Positions 47,616 through 57,780 of a stretch of DNA of 64,000 nucleotides are shown here, one piece after another. Source of the DNA: Candidatus Levyibacteriota bacterium (GTDB taxonomy: Bacteria > Patescibacteriota > Microgenomatia > Levybacterales > UBA12049); contig PJMG01000001.1 of assembly GCA_003173895.1 (NCBI GenBank), forward strand, positions 15,576 through 79,575, written 5' to 3'. A program made the position numbers and the translations under genes. The notes under the pieces were generated by a model. The model saw nothing but the letters and a program-made list of their open reading frames with translations. It was not told the DNA's origin and ran no database searches. Every line of letters begins with the position of its first letter. Positions within the stretch are counted from its first letter, which is position 1.

Positions 47616-49559
47616 ATGCCTACTTTACCTGAACAATTTCAAGCAGCCATGGAAAGGATACAAGGTGCTATAGGTGGAGCAGAAAATCGTATTGAAAGAT
47701 CGCGAAAATTTCTTAATGACATCTCTAGAGGTAGTAATTACACATTTGTACCAGGAGATAAATTTGCAATTGATCCCACTACTGGAATAGCAACTTATAA
47801 TGTTGAATTTTATCTTGAGCGTGGTTATTCTGAAAGACAAATGCTATTCGCTTTAGCTCATGAATTGAGAGATCATCTGGTTGAACACGATAAGTTAGTG
47901 GCTACGCCTGAAGGAGAAATAGCAGCCGAGAATCAACAAATAGAACTAGCAAATAAAGAATGGCTTAGAATTTGGCGAAATTCTAGAGAAGATATTGCAG
48001 GTAATCTATCTATTCTTAAATATCTTGCTCCTTCTTTACGTCCTGCTACTGAACGTTTATATAGAAAAAAACTTTTCCCAAATAGAGATTTTACCCAACT
48101 TCCTAGACATGTACAATTTTCTTATGCGGTTTTGGTAAAAACCATGTTACCAAATGCAACTGATATTAAAATTTCTCCTGAAGTTCAAGAAGTTTTAGAT
48201 AGGCTATCTAATACAGAATTTGAAGCTCCAGATAATGACGGAACCCTAACTAACATGGAAAATCCATTAGCCTATGTAACAGCTCCAGATGATTTATATA
48301 GCGCAAATGAACGCGCTTTATGGAGATTACAAGTAAGTAGAGATCTTATCGAACCTGAAATAGAAAAACTTTATCAACAAGATCTGGCTAATCCTAATAA
48401 AAATTGGTCAAAAGGAAATAATGATGATTCATTTTCAGAAGTTTATAAACAATATGATGACAGTATTCATCCTGATCCATGGGATAATCCCAATGAGCCA
48501 AAAAAAGAAAAAAAAGGTGGTAAGGATAAATCTGATGACAAAACAGGAGAGGATAAAGAGGCTGAAAATGAGGATGAAGAGGAAAAAGAAGCGGATGCAG
48601 ATATAGATGAAGATGAATTGCACGGAGATATGGAACAAAAAATGCGTGCTGCATTTATGCGCCAAAATAATCTAACTGAAGGAGAAATGAGTGTATTAGA
48701 TAATTATGATAGTGTATACAAACAAATTCAACCTTACCTAGATAAATTAAAAACTATATTTTTATCTATCGTTGATAGAACCATTAATATAGAGGAGGAT
48801 ATTGCTATACGTCAGAGAAGAGGACGTTTAACGTCTGAGGGAATTCATAGTGCATATGTTTATAGTAAAAGAGGTATTAGTGAACCACCTCCGGGTCGAA
48901 CAAATTTATCAGGAGAAATAATTCATGAAGAAGTACGACCTATTCCTTCCACTTGGCATTTAGTGGCTGATCAAAGCTCAAGTATGCAAGGAGAAAGAAC
49001 TCGAGCTCAATTACGTTCGGCAGTATTGTTCATTGAGGTGCTAGCTGAGATTGAAGAACAATTAAAATCTATGAGAAATATACATTCAAGCGCTATTGAC
49101 ATCAAATCTGATTTAAGAGGTTTTAGCTCAGGCGTAAGAATATATAAAAAAATTGAAGATATACTTTCTCCTCAAAAAAGAATCGAAATATTTCAAGGAT
49201 TATCCCGAACTTTTTTAGATACTAACGATTATGATGCCTTGGAACAAATTGCAAATGAGATTGATAAAAAAGGCTCAAATTATAAAAATGAAATTGCTAC
49301 TAGACATAGGAAAGAAATTGTGGTAGTGTTATCAGACGGACAAAGCAATAGCAGCAAGCTATTAAAAGAACAGATAGAAAGATTAAGAGATATGGGAGTA
49401 AAAGTTATAGGACTAGGTATGACTGAAAGTGCAATATCAATTATAGATTCCTATAGTCCTGAAGGAAGAGTTTGTAAAGATATTTCAGATTTACCTAAAT
49501 ACTTAGCTGAAATTATTCTTGAAGATTTAGTTGTAAAAGAAAGTGAGGAAACAAATTAA
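47616..49559 (+). CDS. VWA-domain protein with N-terminal HE-motif (metallopeptidase-like) domain and acidic linker
   Basis: AHELRDH; D/E-rich linker; MIDAS DQSSS, T, LSDG; the TTG at 47568 is the -35 box. Confidence 0.8.
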   Translation: MPTLPEQFQAAMERIQGAIGGAENRIERSRKFLNDISRGSNYTFVPGDKFAIDPTTGIATYNVEFYLERGYSERQMLFALAHELRDHLVEHDKLVATPEGEIAAENQQIELANKEWLRIWRNSREDIAGNLSILKYLAPSLRPATERLYRKKLFPNRDFTQLPRHVQFSYAVLVKTMLPNATDIKISPEVQEVLDRLSNTEFEAPDNDGTLTNMENPLAYVTAPDDLYSANERALWRLQVSRDLIEPEIEKLYQQDLANPNKNWSKGNNDDSFSEVYKQYDDSIHPDPWDNPNEPKKEKKGGKDKSDDKTGEDKEAENEDEEEKEADADIDEDELHGDMEQKMRAAFMRQNNLTEGEMSVLDNYDSVYKQIQPYLDKLKTIFLSIVDRTINIEEDIAIRQRRGRLTSEGIHSAYVYSKRGISEPPPGRTNLSGEIIHEEVRPIPSTWHLVADQSSSMQGERTRAQLRSAVLFIEVLAEIEEQLKSMRNIHSSAIDIKSDLRGFSSGVRIYKKIEDILSPQKRIEIFQGLSRTFLDTNDYDALEQIANEIDKKGSNYKNEIATRHRKEIVVVLSDGQSNSSKLLKEQIERLRDMGVKVIGLGMTESAISIIDSYSPEGRVCKDISDLPKYLAEIILEDLVVKESEETN

Positions 49560-52000
49560 TGGCAAATATAGAATTAACACCAATACCTAACAGACCTGCT
49601 AATTTAGATCCCAGAGTTATAGCTGCAGCAGATGCAATAACAGAAAGGACTAGACTTGAAAGCGTACAAGCAGGACTGGGAACTAGTATTCAAACTGGAA
49701 TATATTCTGAATTAGATCAAAGAACTAGAAGAGGATTAGCTGCTAGATTAACTGAATTAGATTCTCAAATAAATGTAGTACAGCAAGATAAAAGACTTAA
49801 TGAAGCTTTAGACAACGAAATTCAACGCAGAGATATAATTAGTCAACGTGCTCAACAAGCTTTAACTAGTGATAAAAGTATATATGATCTAAGAATTCTA
49901 GAACGGGGTTTAGTAAATAATAAACAGATACCTGTAGAAGCAAGACAAACTGCCATAAGTGAACTTAAACAACAATTATTAGAAGAATTACAAAGAAGAC
50001 AAGCTTTATTAAAAGAACCTAGCGTATTTTTTGAATATAGGCTGCAAAAATTGATGGAGTACCAACAGCAACTCTTGACAGGAGATCATTTTGTGGAATT
50101 ACCTACTCGTTTAGACCTTCAATATAAAATAATTGATGAATGGCTACATGGAAGTAGAGTTATGGCAGTAGGGCATACCGGTACTGGAAAAACTGAATTA
50201 ATGAAACATGCAGCAAGAGTTGTATCTGGAAAAGAACCATATGTTCTCCAAGGTGATCCTCATTTATTACCAGGTGAATTTGTGGGAGATTGGACTATGC
50301 AAGATGGATCAACTGTTTATCAACCTGCTGATTTAGTCAAAGCAATTATTCGTGGAGAACCATTCATTTATGACGATATGAACGTAACTCCAAATAGAAC
50401 TAATATGGGACTTAAATCTCTTTTTAACTTAAGAACAGGTAGTAAAATTAATGTTAAGAAACCTGATGGATCAGGAGTAGTACAAGAGACAGTAGCTGAA
50501 GGTTATTATTTTGGAGGGACACAAAATCCTCCAACAACTCAGTACAGACGCGAAGAAACATGGACAGAAATTGATAAAAATTTTTCTCATATAGATGTAG
50601 ATTATTTACCTGCAGATGAATTATATGACTTAGTAGTAGCGTCTATGTTAGATAGTACAGGTGGTTTACCCTTATCTAAAAATGACGCTCAAAATACTCT
50701 TAGAGAGCTTTGTGATACAGTAGCTTTTATACAACAAGCATATACGGGACAAGCAAATATTGAAGGTAGTGGTGGAATAATTAATAAAACTCAAACTTTA
50801 GAAAAAACGGTTGTAGATGCAGGAAAAATTATTTCTATGTTAAGTGGTTGGGAAGGTGCATCATCTTCTGAAAGTTTTAAAACTTATATAAGCCGTCAAT
50901 TTTTAAGAGAGTTTATTAATAATAAAAATTTGCCACCTTCTGATAGATACTATCTATTACAAATTATGGTTTTAAGAGGATTTTTCAGGGGCTTTAATGT
51001 ATCAGAATTTAATATTGAGGGTTATCCTACAGAGATACTTAAGAGTGACCTAAGTGCCTGGGGATTTTCATCAGCAGATAAACAAACTCATGATCATCAA
51101 GAATTATATCCTGAAGAAGTAGCAAGATTGGATCCTTACGGAAAAGTTCTTTCACTTATGAGAGAAGTTAATGTTCACCCTGATCACGAGGTTGTGAGAC
51201 AAGGAAGAAGAAGGATAACGCCTATTAGTTCTAATGATGACGAGAGAGTAGCAGCTATATTAAGAGGAGGAAAAAAAAATAATGGGTCAACAACGTCCAC
51301 ATCAGGAGAAGCAATAGTAGAATCTCATAATGAAGCGTTAGCACGTATAAAAAGTGTTAAAAGACAGATTAAATTTATGACTACTCCTCCAAGGACATTT
51401 TTTGTATTTCCAGGAGTAGGCATAGATGAACTTGAGGATTTACGACCTGCAATCATTAATCTTTTAGCTCCATTAACATACAATAGATTAAGATGGTATG
51501 AAAGATTATTGATTAATAGGGAAAAACAGCTAGTTAATGCTATTCAGAGATCTCCAGTATTCTCAGTTGAGGAATGGACAGAAGCTGTAAAAGCATATAA
51601 TGCTTTATCTTCTAGAGAAAATACTGAAGGCAATACAGATGAATTTTCTTTTACTGTAATTCCTGCAGACCGTAGAATGACTTATAAATTCACAATGTCT
51701 GGAGAAGCAGCAAGTGCAATTAATAATCGTTTTCCTAGACTTACTAGTGGCGAAGATGTAAAGAAGATCTGGAATGTCCTTTTTTCTAGACCAATCAAGG
51801 ATGATAAATATTCTGAGGTACAAAAAGCAACTATATTATCATTATATCAATTATTAAGAACTACTAATCTACCAGACATAAAACAAATGGCTTATATGTA
51901 TTTAAAAGATTTTATCTCTTCTTCTAGAAATTCTGCTTTAGTTGAAAAATGGTATGGTGCCAGTCAAGCTGCTTCAATTCGCCGAGCTCTAGGCTTATAA
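49559..52000 (+). CDS. MoxR/CbbQ-like AAA+ ATPase with coiled-coil N-terminus
   Basis: Walker A GHTGTGKT, Walker B-like FIYDDMN, sensor-1 TQNP; coupled to the VWA gene. Confidence 0.78.
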   Translation: MANIELTPIPNRPANLDPRVIAAADAITERTRLESVQAGLGTSIQTGIYSELDQRTRRGLAARLTELDSQINVVQQDKRLNEALDNEIQRRDIISQRAQQALTSDKSIYDLRILERGLVNNKQIPVEARQTAISELKQQLLEELQRRQALLKEPSVFFEYRLQKLMEYQQQLLTGDHFVELPTRLDLQYKIIDEWLHGSRVMAVGHTGTGKTELMKHAARVVSGKEPYVLQGDPHLLPGEFVGDWTMQDGSTVYQPADLVKAIIRGEPFIYDDMNVTPNRTNMGLKSLFNLRTGSKINVKKPDGSGVVQETVAEGYYFGGTQNPPTTQYRREETWTEIDKNFSHIDVDYLPADELYDLVVASMLDSTGGLPLSKNDAQNTLRELCDTVAFIQQAYTGQANIEGSGGIINKTQTLEKTVVDAGKIISMLSGWEGASSSESFKTYISRQFLREFINNKNLPPSDRYYLLQIMVLRGFFRGFNVSEFNIEGYPTEILKSDLSAWGFSSADKQTHDHQELYPEEVARLDPYGKVLSLMREVNVHPDHEVVRQGRRRITPISSNDDERVAAILRGGKKNNGSTTSTSGEAIVESHNEALARIKSVKRQIKFMTTPPRTFFVFPGVGIDELEDLRPAIINLLAPLTYNRLRWYERLLINREKQLVNAIQRSPVFSVEEWTEAVKAYNALSSRENTEGNTDEFSFTVIPADRRMTYKFTMSGEAASAINNRFPRLTSGEDVKKIWNVLFSRPIKDDKYSEVQKATILSLYQLLRTTNLPDIKQMAYMYLKDFISSSRNSALVEKWYGASQAASIRRALGL

Positions 52001-52184
52001 TTAATATATTCTTATTCCACAAAGTAAATAAAATAACATATATTTGGACGAGCAGTTAAAGAACTTTTAATAAAAAAATAGTGAATAAAAGAGCAGGGAT
52101 TTTCTTCAAAATTTTAGAACAAAATAAAAATAATTCTATGTCAAATTCTAAAATTAAATTTATTATTAATGCTACAATATTACT

Positions 52185-53354
52185 ATGTTTAAAGCTATAA
52201 TTTTAATAATTTTTGGACTCTTCTTAGGAAGTATAGCATCATTAATTTATATTTTTTATTTTTATAACACTCCTATTAAATTAAATAATTTCTCGTTTAA
52301 TCAAATCATCAATAATACTTCATCCAAACAAATAATTGGATTTCTTCCATATTGGCTTTTAGATAAAGCACAAACTGATTATTCTAAATACGTTACTACA
52401 CTTTCATATTTTGCCATCCGAATAAGTAGTGATGGAAGTATTCAAAAATTATCTACTCCTACTCAAGAAGAAGCAGGATGGTATGCACTAGAAAGTGGAA
52501 AAGTAGATCCATTCTTAAATTTTGCAAAACAGAATAACGAAAAACTTTCATTAGTAGTCGATAGTGGTGATGTTAATGCCATAAATAAATTTATTTCTAA
52601 TCCTGAAAAAAGTAGTATAAATTTGATTAGTGATGTAAAACCATTATTAAACAAGTATGGATTTTCTGATCTAAATTTAGATATAGAATACACTCAAGAT
52701 GCATCAGATCAACAGAGATCGGAATTTAGTAATTTTATAAAGGATGTTCGCGTACTTTTACCAAAAGATAAAACTCTTACACTTGAGATTAGTCCAATTG
52801 ATGCAGTTCAAAAAAGATTAATAGATATTAAAGCAATAAATCCTTACATAGACCATATAGTTATTATGGCTTATGATTATCATGCACCAGATTCATTTGT
52901 TACAGGCCCCGTAGCACCTTTAAATGGAGGAGGAATAACCTCAGAGTATGATGTATCAGAAGCAATTGATAAAACACTATTAATTATTTCACCGTCAAAA
53001 TTAATTTTAGGAATACCACTTTATGGCTATGAATGGGAGATTTTAGGAGATGTTCCCAGAAGTGCGGTAATTCCAGGAAGTGGAGTGATTGCTAGTAATG
53101 ATAGAGTAGAGAATTTATTAAATAATTGTACTAATTGTAAGTTAGCGTTTGATTCTCAAGCTCAAGAATCTTATGTAACTTTTTTTAGCAATGATACTAA
53201 TACAACTCATTTAATATATTTCCCAGATATAACTTCCACAAAAGCTAAAGTAAATTTTGCGAATGATAATAATCTGGGTGGATTAGCACTTTGGGCGTTA
53301 GGTTATGAAGGAAGTAATATTTTAAACCCGATTATAAATTATAAAAATAATTAA
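52185..53354 (+). CDS. GH18 glycosyl hydrolase (chitinase/spore-cortex-lytic-like)
   Basis: GFLPYW, DLNLDIE, IMAYDY, LGIPLYG, WALGYE. Confidence 0.85.
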   Translation: MFKAIILIIFGLFLGSIASLIYIFYFYNTPIKLNNFSFNQIINNTSSKQIIGFLPYWLLDKAQTDYSKYVTTLSYFAIRISSDGSIQKLSTPTQEEAGWYALESGKVDPFLNFAKQNNEKLSLVVDSGDVNAINKFISNPEKSSINLISDVKPLLNKYGFSDLNLDIEYTQDASDQQRSEFSNFIKDVRVLLPKDKTLTLEISPIDAVQKRLIDIKAINPYIDHIVIMAYDYHAPDSFVTGPVAPLNGGGITSEYDVSEAIDKTLLIISPSKLILGIPLYGYEWEILGDVPRSAVIPGSGVIASNDRVENLLNNCTNCKLAFDSQAQESYVTFFSNDTNTTHLIYFPDITSTKAKVNFANDNNLGGLALWALGYEGSNILNPIINYKNN

Positions 53355-54004
53355 GGATTAGTCGTGAAAGTTTTAGAATTATTATTAAAAATTAAATCTT
53401 CACCACTTTTAATATTTTGAATAATAGTTTTATTATTAGTATCAGTAAAAGCAATGGTTACATCGCCGGTTTTTATACTTATTTTAATGGTAGAGTCATT
53501 TTTATCTACACTGATTTCACTTTCACCATCATTAATATTTATTAATAAATCCAGCGCTCTAACTGAAACAGGAATACTACTATTTAATTTTTCATATTCT
53601 AATTTACCAAATAATTGATTAAAAACTAAATTAGCAGGAAGTGTTTGAATAATAGATAACTTACTATTAGCACTTATAGAAATAAAAACAATGTTATTAA
53701 AAGCCATTTTTAAACTACTATTAGTACCCGTTTCTACTTCTTCTCCCTGTTGAATATTTTGAGGTTTAGTGATTAACTGCTGATTATTATCACGAGCTGT
53801 CCAAAGTATAGTTCCTGATAAACCAGTAATTTTCCCAGTTAAACTGTCACTTGGAGCATTAAAAAGTGAAAGTTCAGAAGTTATAAGTGGAGAAACAATT
53901 TTATTTACGTTTACTTTATTAATTTTAAAATAAATAAAAATTGTTGATAAAAATCCTATTACTACAGCTAAGAAAAATAAAAATATTTTAAATATAAATT
54001 TCAC
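53351..54004 (-). CDS. FecR-like domain protein
   Basis: N-terminal TM; QQGEEVETGTNSSL beta-rich FecR pattern. Confidence 0.6.
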   Translation of the reverse strand: MKFIFKIFLFFLAVVIGFLSTIFIYFKINKVNVNKIVSPLITSELSLFNAPSDSLTGKITGLSGTILWTARDNNQQLITKPQNIQQGEEVETGTNSSLKMAFNNIVFISISANSKLSIIQTLPANLVFNQLFGKLEYEKLNSSIPVSVRALDLLININDGESEISVDKNDSTIKISIKTGDVTIAFTDTNNKTIIQNIKSGEDLIFNNNSKTFTTNP

Positions 54005-54024
54005 TTCCTATTTATAATATCAGA

Positions 54025-56298
54025 TTAATGTCCCGGTGTTGGAGACGGGGTAGGAGATATATTTAATGACTTTAACAAATCATCCGTAGGATACCATTGA
54101 TAATCTGCTGCTGAATGATTATCGTGAACCCAATTATCAATCCCAATTTGCCATCTATTCTGCCCATCTGTAGAAACAGGATCATTTTCGCGAATTACAT
54201 AATAAGTCTTTCCTTGGAATTGTTTATAAATTGGTGAAACAGTAGTAGGTTCTGTACCTTTTATAAAATATTCTGAGCGAGTTGGCTGTCCTGAATAGGG
54301 AAGTCCACCAAAGAGTGAATCTATTTGAAGAGCATTTACATCATCAGGCTTAGTAGGTGATTTATCAGGTTTTCCTTTTAGGACATAACTCATCACAGAA
54401 TTCCAAATAGGTGATGCTCCCGTTTCACCTGATGATATAGCTTGATTCATTGGTTCATTATTATTATTTCCTACCCAAACACCTACTACATAATCTGGTG
54501 AGTAACCAATAGTCCAGTTATCTCGTTTTTCATCAGTCGTTCCCGTTTTTACACTTACGGATGGATGAGATGGTAAAAATAGATAAGAATTTAGACCGAA
54601 ATCTAAACTTCTCGCATTATTATCCAGTAAAATGTGTGATGTTAAAAACGTTATATCCGCGGGTAAAACACGTGGACCGGTAGTGGGATGATATTGATAT
54701 AAAACATTACCTTTAGAATCTGTAACTTTTAAAATAAAGATAGGATCCTGTCTTATACCACTATTAGCCAATACACTATATGCTGTAGTTTCATCTAGTA
54801 AACTTACCTCACGCCCTCCTAAAACTAAAGATAAACCTACACTACTTAGATTTTGAGGAGTTGGATTCCAGTTAGAAAGTCCCATATTATAACCCAGTTG
54901 CATAAAGTTTTTAACACCTACTAACGCCTCCATTTTAACAGCAGGAATATTTAATGAATTAGCTAGTGCAAATCTTATTTGGACAGGTCCTAAAAATTTA
55001 CCACTATAATTTACTGGAGTATAAGTAGGATCGGTTGGATCACCTGTAGGAAAATCTGTCTTAGTATCCATTATCATCGTAGAAGGTGTATAACCTTTCT
55101 CAAAAGCTAGTGAATAAAGAATAGGTTTAGTAGAAGAACCGGGTTGTCTATTTACCACGGCTGCATTAACGTTAGGATCAAACACACAGTTTACACCGGG
55201 ATTACAACCTTTAGGAGAAGGATCACCAAAATAATCTTTACTTCCAGCCATAGCTAAAATCTCTCCAGTTTTAGGATCTCGAACTATTACTGCACCATTG
55301 CCTACGTTATATACTTTAAGACCATCTATTTGGGTTTTTAATTGATCTTCAGCATATTTTTCAATGTTATAATCCAGTGTAGTAGTGACTTGAAGGCCAC
55401 CATTTTCTACTTCGCTAGCACCAAATTCCTGAGTTAGAAGTTGTTTAACATAAATTACGAAATGAGGAGCTTTTATAGAAATATTATTATTTTGGAAATT
55501 AGTATTTTTTATTTCGTTATAAGCGCTCTCTGCTTGTTTTTGAGTAATATATCCACTATCAACCATCGCATTTAAAACGTTTTGAGTTCTATCTAAATAA
55601 TATTTATATCCACTAAAAGGTGAATAAGCATTTGGATCTTGAGGAAGACCTGCTAGAAAAGCACTCTGTGCTAAATCTAAATGCTGCACATCTTCACCAA
55701 AATATGTCTGAGATGCTGCCTCTACACCTTGGTTGGGACCTCCATAACCGACATCATTTAAGTACATCTCTAAGATTTGATCTTTAGAATAAGTTTTATT
55801 TACTTGAATTGATAAAATTAATTCTTTTATTTTGCGCTGTAAATTTTGAGCATTGGTTAGTAAAGTATTTTTCACTAACTGCTGAGTAAGTGTAGATCCA
55901 CCGCTCAACTGGTGATAAACTAAAATATTTCTTATTGCACGTAAATATCCAGTTATGGAAAATCCTTGGTTGTTATAAAAATTTTTATCTTCAATAGCAA
56001 TGGTAGCTTCTTGGAGGTATTTCGGAATACTTGGTAATTTTACATAAACTCTATTTTGATCCTGATAAACAGAATAGAGAAGTGTATTATTTCGATCATA
56101 AATTCTGGTAGACTGAGAACTTTGCGCTTCAATTAATTTACCTGGTGTAGGTAAATCACGTGAGTACCAGAAAAATAAGAAGATGGTAATTATAACTGTT
56201 GCTATTAAACCAAAAAATAAAAATGTAGCTATTTTGGAGTAAAGAGCAATTTTCGATTGTGACGAAATATGCTTTCTTCGGGATCTAAAATCCTGCAT
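54025..56298 (-). CDS. class A penicillin-binding protein (transglycosylase/transpeptidase)
   Basis: EDKNFY, GGSTLTQQ, RKIKE, SxxK (GSSTKP), SLN, KTGT. Confidence 0.93.
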   Translation of the reverse strand: MQDFRSRRKHISSQSKIALYSKIATFLFFGLIATVIITIFLFFWYSRDLPTPGKLIEAQSSQSTRIYDRNNTLLYSVYQDQNRVYVKLPSIPKYLQEATIAIEDKNFYNNQGFSITGYLRAIRNILVYHQLSGGSTLTQQLVKNTLLTNAQNLQRKIKELILSIQVNKTYSKDQILEMYLNDVGYGGPNQGVEAASQTYFGEDVQHLDLAQSAFLAGLPQDPNAYSPFSGYKYYLDRTQNVLNAMVDSGYITQKQAESAYNEIKNTNFQNNNISIKAPHFVIYVKQLLTQEFGASEVENGGLQVTTTLDYNIEKYAEDQLKTQIDGLKVYNVGNGAVIVRDPKTGEILAMAGSKDYFGDPSPKGCNPGVNCVFDPNVNAAVVNRQPGSSTKPILYSLAFEKGYTPSTMIMDTKTDFPTGDPTDPTYTPVNYSGKFLGPVQIRFALANSLNIPAVKMEALVGVKNFMQLGYNMGLSNWNPTPQNLSSVGLSLVLGGREVSLLDETTAYSVLANSGIRQDPIFILKVTDSKGNVLYQYHPTTGPRVLPADITFLTSHILLDNNARSLDFGLNSYLFLPSHPSVSVKTGTTDEKRDNWTIGYSPDYVVGVWVGNNNNEPMNQAISSGETGASPIWNSVMSYVLKGKPDKSPTKPDDVNALQIDSLFGGLPYSGQPTRSEYFIKGTEPTTVSPIYKQFQGKTYYVIRENDPVSTDGQNRWQIGIDNWVHDNHSAADYQWYPTDDLLKSLNISPTPSPTPGH

Positions 56299-56397
56299 AT
56301 AGATATTATACACGAATTCCTTGTCTTGTCATCTTAAATGAGTAATCAGAATGACATAATGACTTAAGTAGCAATATTTGCTAATATTAGGCAAGAT

Positions 56398-57594
56398 ATG
56401 GATAAAATTGAAGAGATATTAACACGCGGGGTAGCTAATATTATTCCAGATAAAAATAAACTGCGAGAACTCTTAAAATCAGGTAAAAAATTAAATATTT
56501 ATTTAGGTATTGATCCTACCGCTATTAAAATTCATTTAGGACATGCAGTTCCACTTCGAAAATTACAAGCATTTGCAGAATTAGGTCATAATATTAGTTT
56601 TTTGATAGGTGATTTTACAGCACTTATTGGAGACACATCAGATAAAGATTCAGAGCGTCCTGTTTTAACTACTGAGCAAATTGAAGAAAATTTTCAAACT
56701 TATAAAAAGCAGGCTAGTAAAATTTTGGATTTTAATTTAAAAAATGTAAAGGTAGTACATAATAGTGAGTGGCTTAAAAAATTAAATTTTGAAGATATTA
56801 TAAAATTATGTCAGCATTTTTCCTTTGGAGATTTTGCTAGTCGTGAACTTATTGCAAAACGTTTAAAAAATAAAACTCATGTAGGACTTCATGAAGCTCT
56901 TTATCCAGTTATGCAAGGATATGATAGTTATTTTATGAATACAGATATCCAGCTAGGTGGTACTGACCAAACTTTTAATATGCAAGCAGGTAGAGTTCTA
57001 CAAAAAGATCTAAGAAATAAAGAATCATTTGTACTAGCTAACGAATTTTTAATTGGGACTGATGGCAAGAAAATGAGTAAAACCGGAGGAAATGCTATTT
57101 GGATAGATGACGACGCAAACACTATGTTTGGTAAAGTTATGGCTATAAATGATGATCTAATTATACAATATGCTTTACTTGGAACTAGATTATCTATTGA
57201 AGAAGTTAATGAATTTCAAAAAAGATTAACAGCGAATGAAAATCCTAGAGATATTAAAAAAGATTTAGCATTAGAAATAGTTAGTGAATTTTATGGAGAG
57301 AAAACTGCATTAGCAGCAAAAGGACTTTTTGAGAAAACAGTTCAGAAAAAAGAGATTCCAGACGAAATACCTATTTTTAAATTAGATAAAACAAATAAAC
57401 TTATTACAATCACAGATTTATTATTATCAACTCAAATGGCTGAAAGTAGATCAGAAGCTAAGCGTTTAATAGAACAGGGTGGAGTAGAATTAGATGGAGA
57501 AAAAATAACTGAAATTAATAAAGATCTGGAGATAAATGACGAAGCAATTTTAAAAGTTGGAAAGAGAAAATACTTAAAGATAGTTCATAGTTAA
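56398..57594 (+). CDS. tyrS: tyrosine--tRNA ligase
   Basis: GIDPTA..HLGH, KMSKT, C-terminal S4 domain. Confidence 0.97.
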   Translation: MDKIEEILTRGVANIIPDKNKLRELLKSGKKLNIYLGIDPTAIKIHLGHAVPLRKLQAFAELGHNISFLIGDFTALIGDTSDKDSERPVLTTEQIEENFQTYKKQASKILDFNLKNVKVVHNSEWLKKLNFEDIIKLCQHFSFGDFASRELIAKRLKNKTHVGLHEALYPVMQGYDSYFMNTDIQLGGTDQTFNMQAGRVLQKDLRNKESFVLANEFLIGTDGKKMSKTGGNAIWIDDDANTMFGKVMAINDDLIIQYALLGTRLSIEEVNEFQKRLTANENPRDIKKDLALEIVSEFYGEKTALAAKGLFEKTVQKKEIPDEIPIFKLDKTNKLITITDLLLSTQMAESRSEAKRLIEQGGVELDGEKITEINKDLEINDEAILKVGKRKYLKIVHS

Positions 57595-57666
57595 CAGTTC
57601 ACTATAATCAGTTATAAATAAAATTAGTCAATTTTGAACTGTGAATTTTAAATTGATAACTAATAT

Positions 57667-57774
57667 ATGGAATTTTTAAGAAATAATTCGTGGATCTGGA
57701 AAGTAGTAATGGTAATAGCCAGTTTATGTCTTATAGCAGCTTCAGTATTTCCATATTTGATTTTAAGCCGATAA
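57667..57774 (+). CDS. 35-aa single-TM small protein, missing from the ORF track
   Basis: MEFLRNNSWIWKVVMVIASLCLIAASVFPYLILSR; ends 6 nt before recG. Confidence 0.55.
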   Translation: MEFLRNNSWIWKVVMVIASLCLIAASVFPYLILSR

Positions 57775-57780
57775 ATAATC

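Noticed and set aside
48394..48665. Overlapping short ORFs and low-complexity DNA
   Set aside because: Shadows of the D/E/K-rich linker of the VWA protein.
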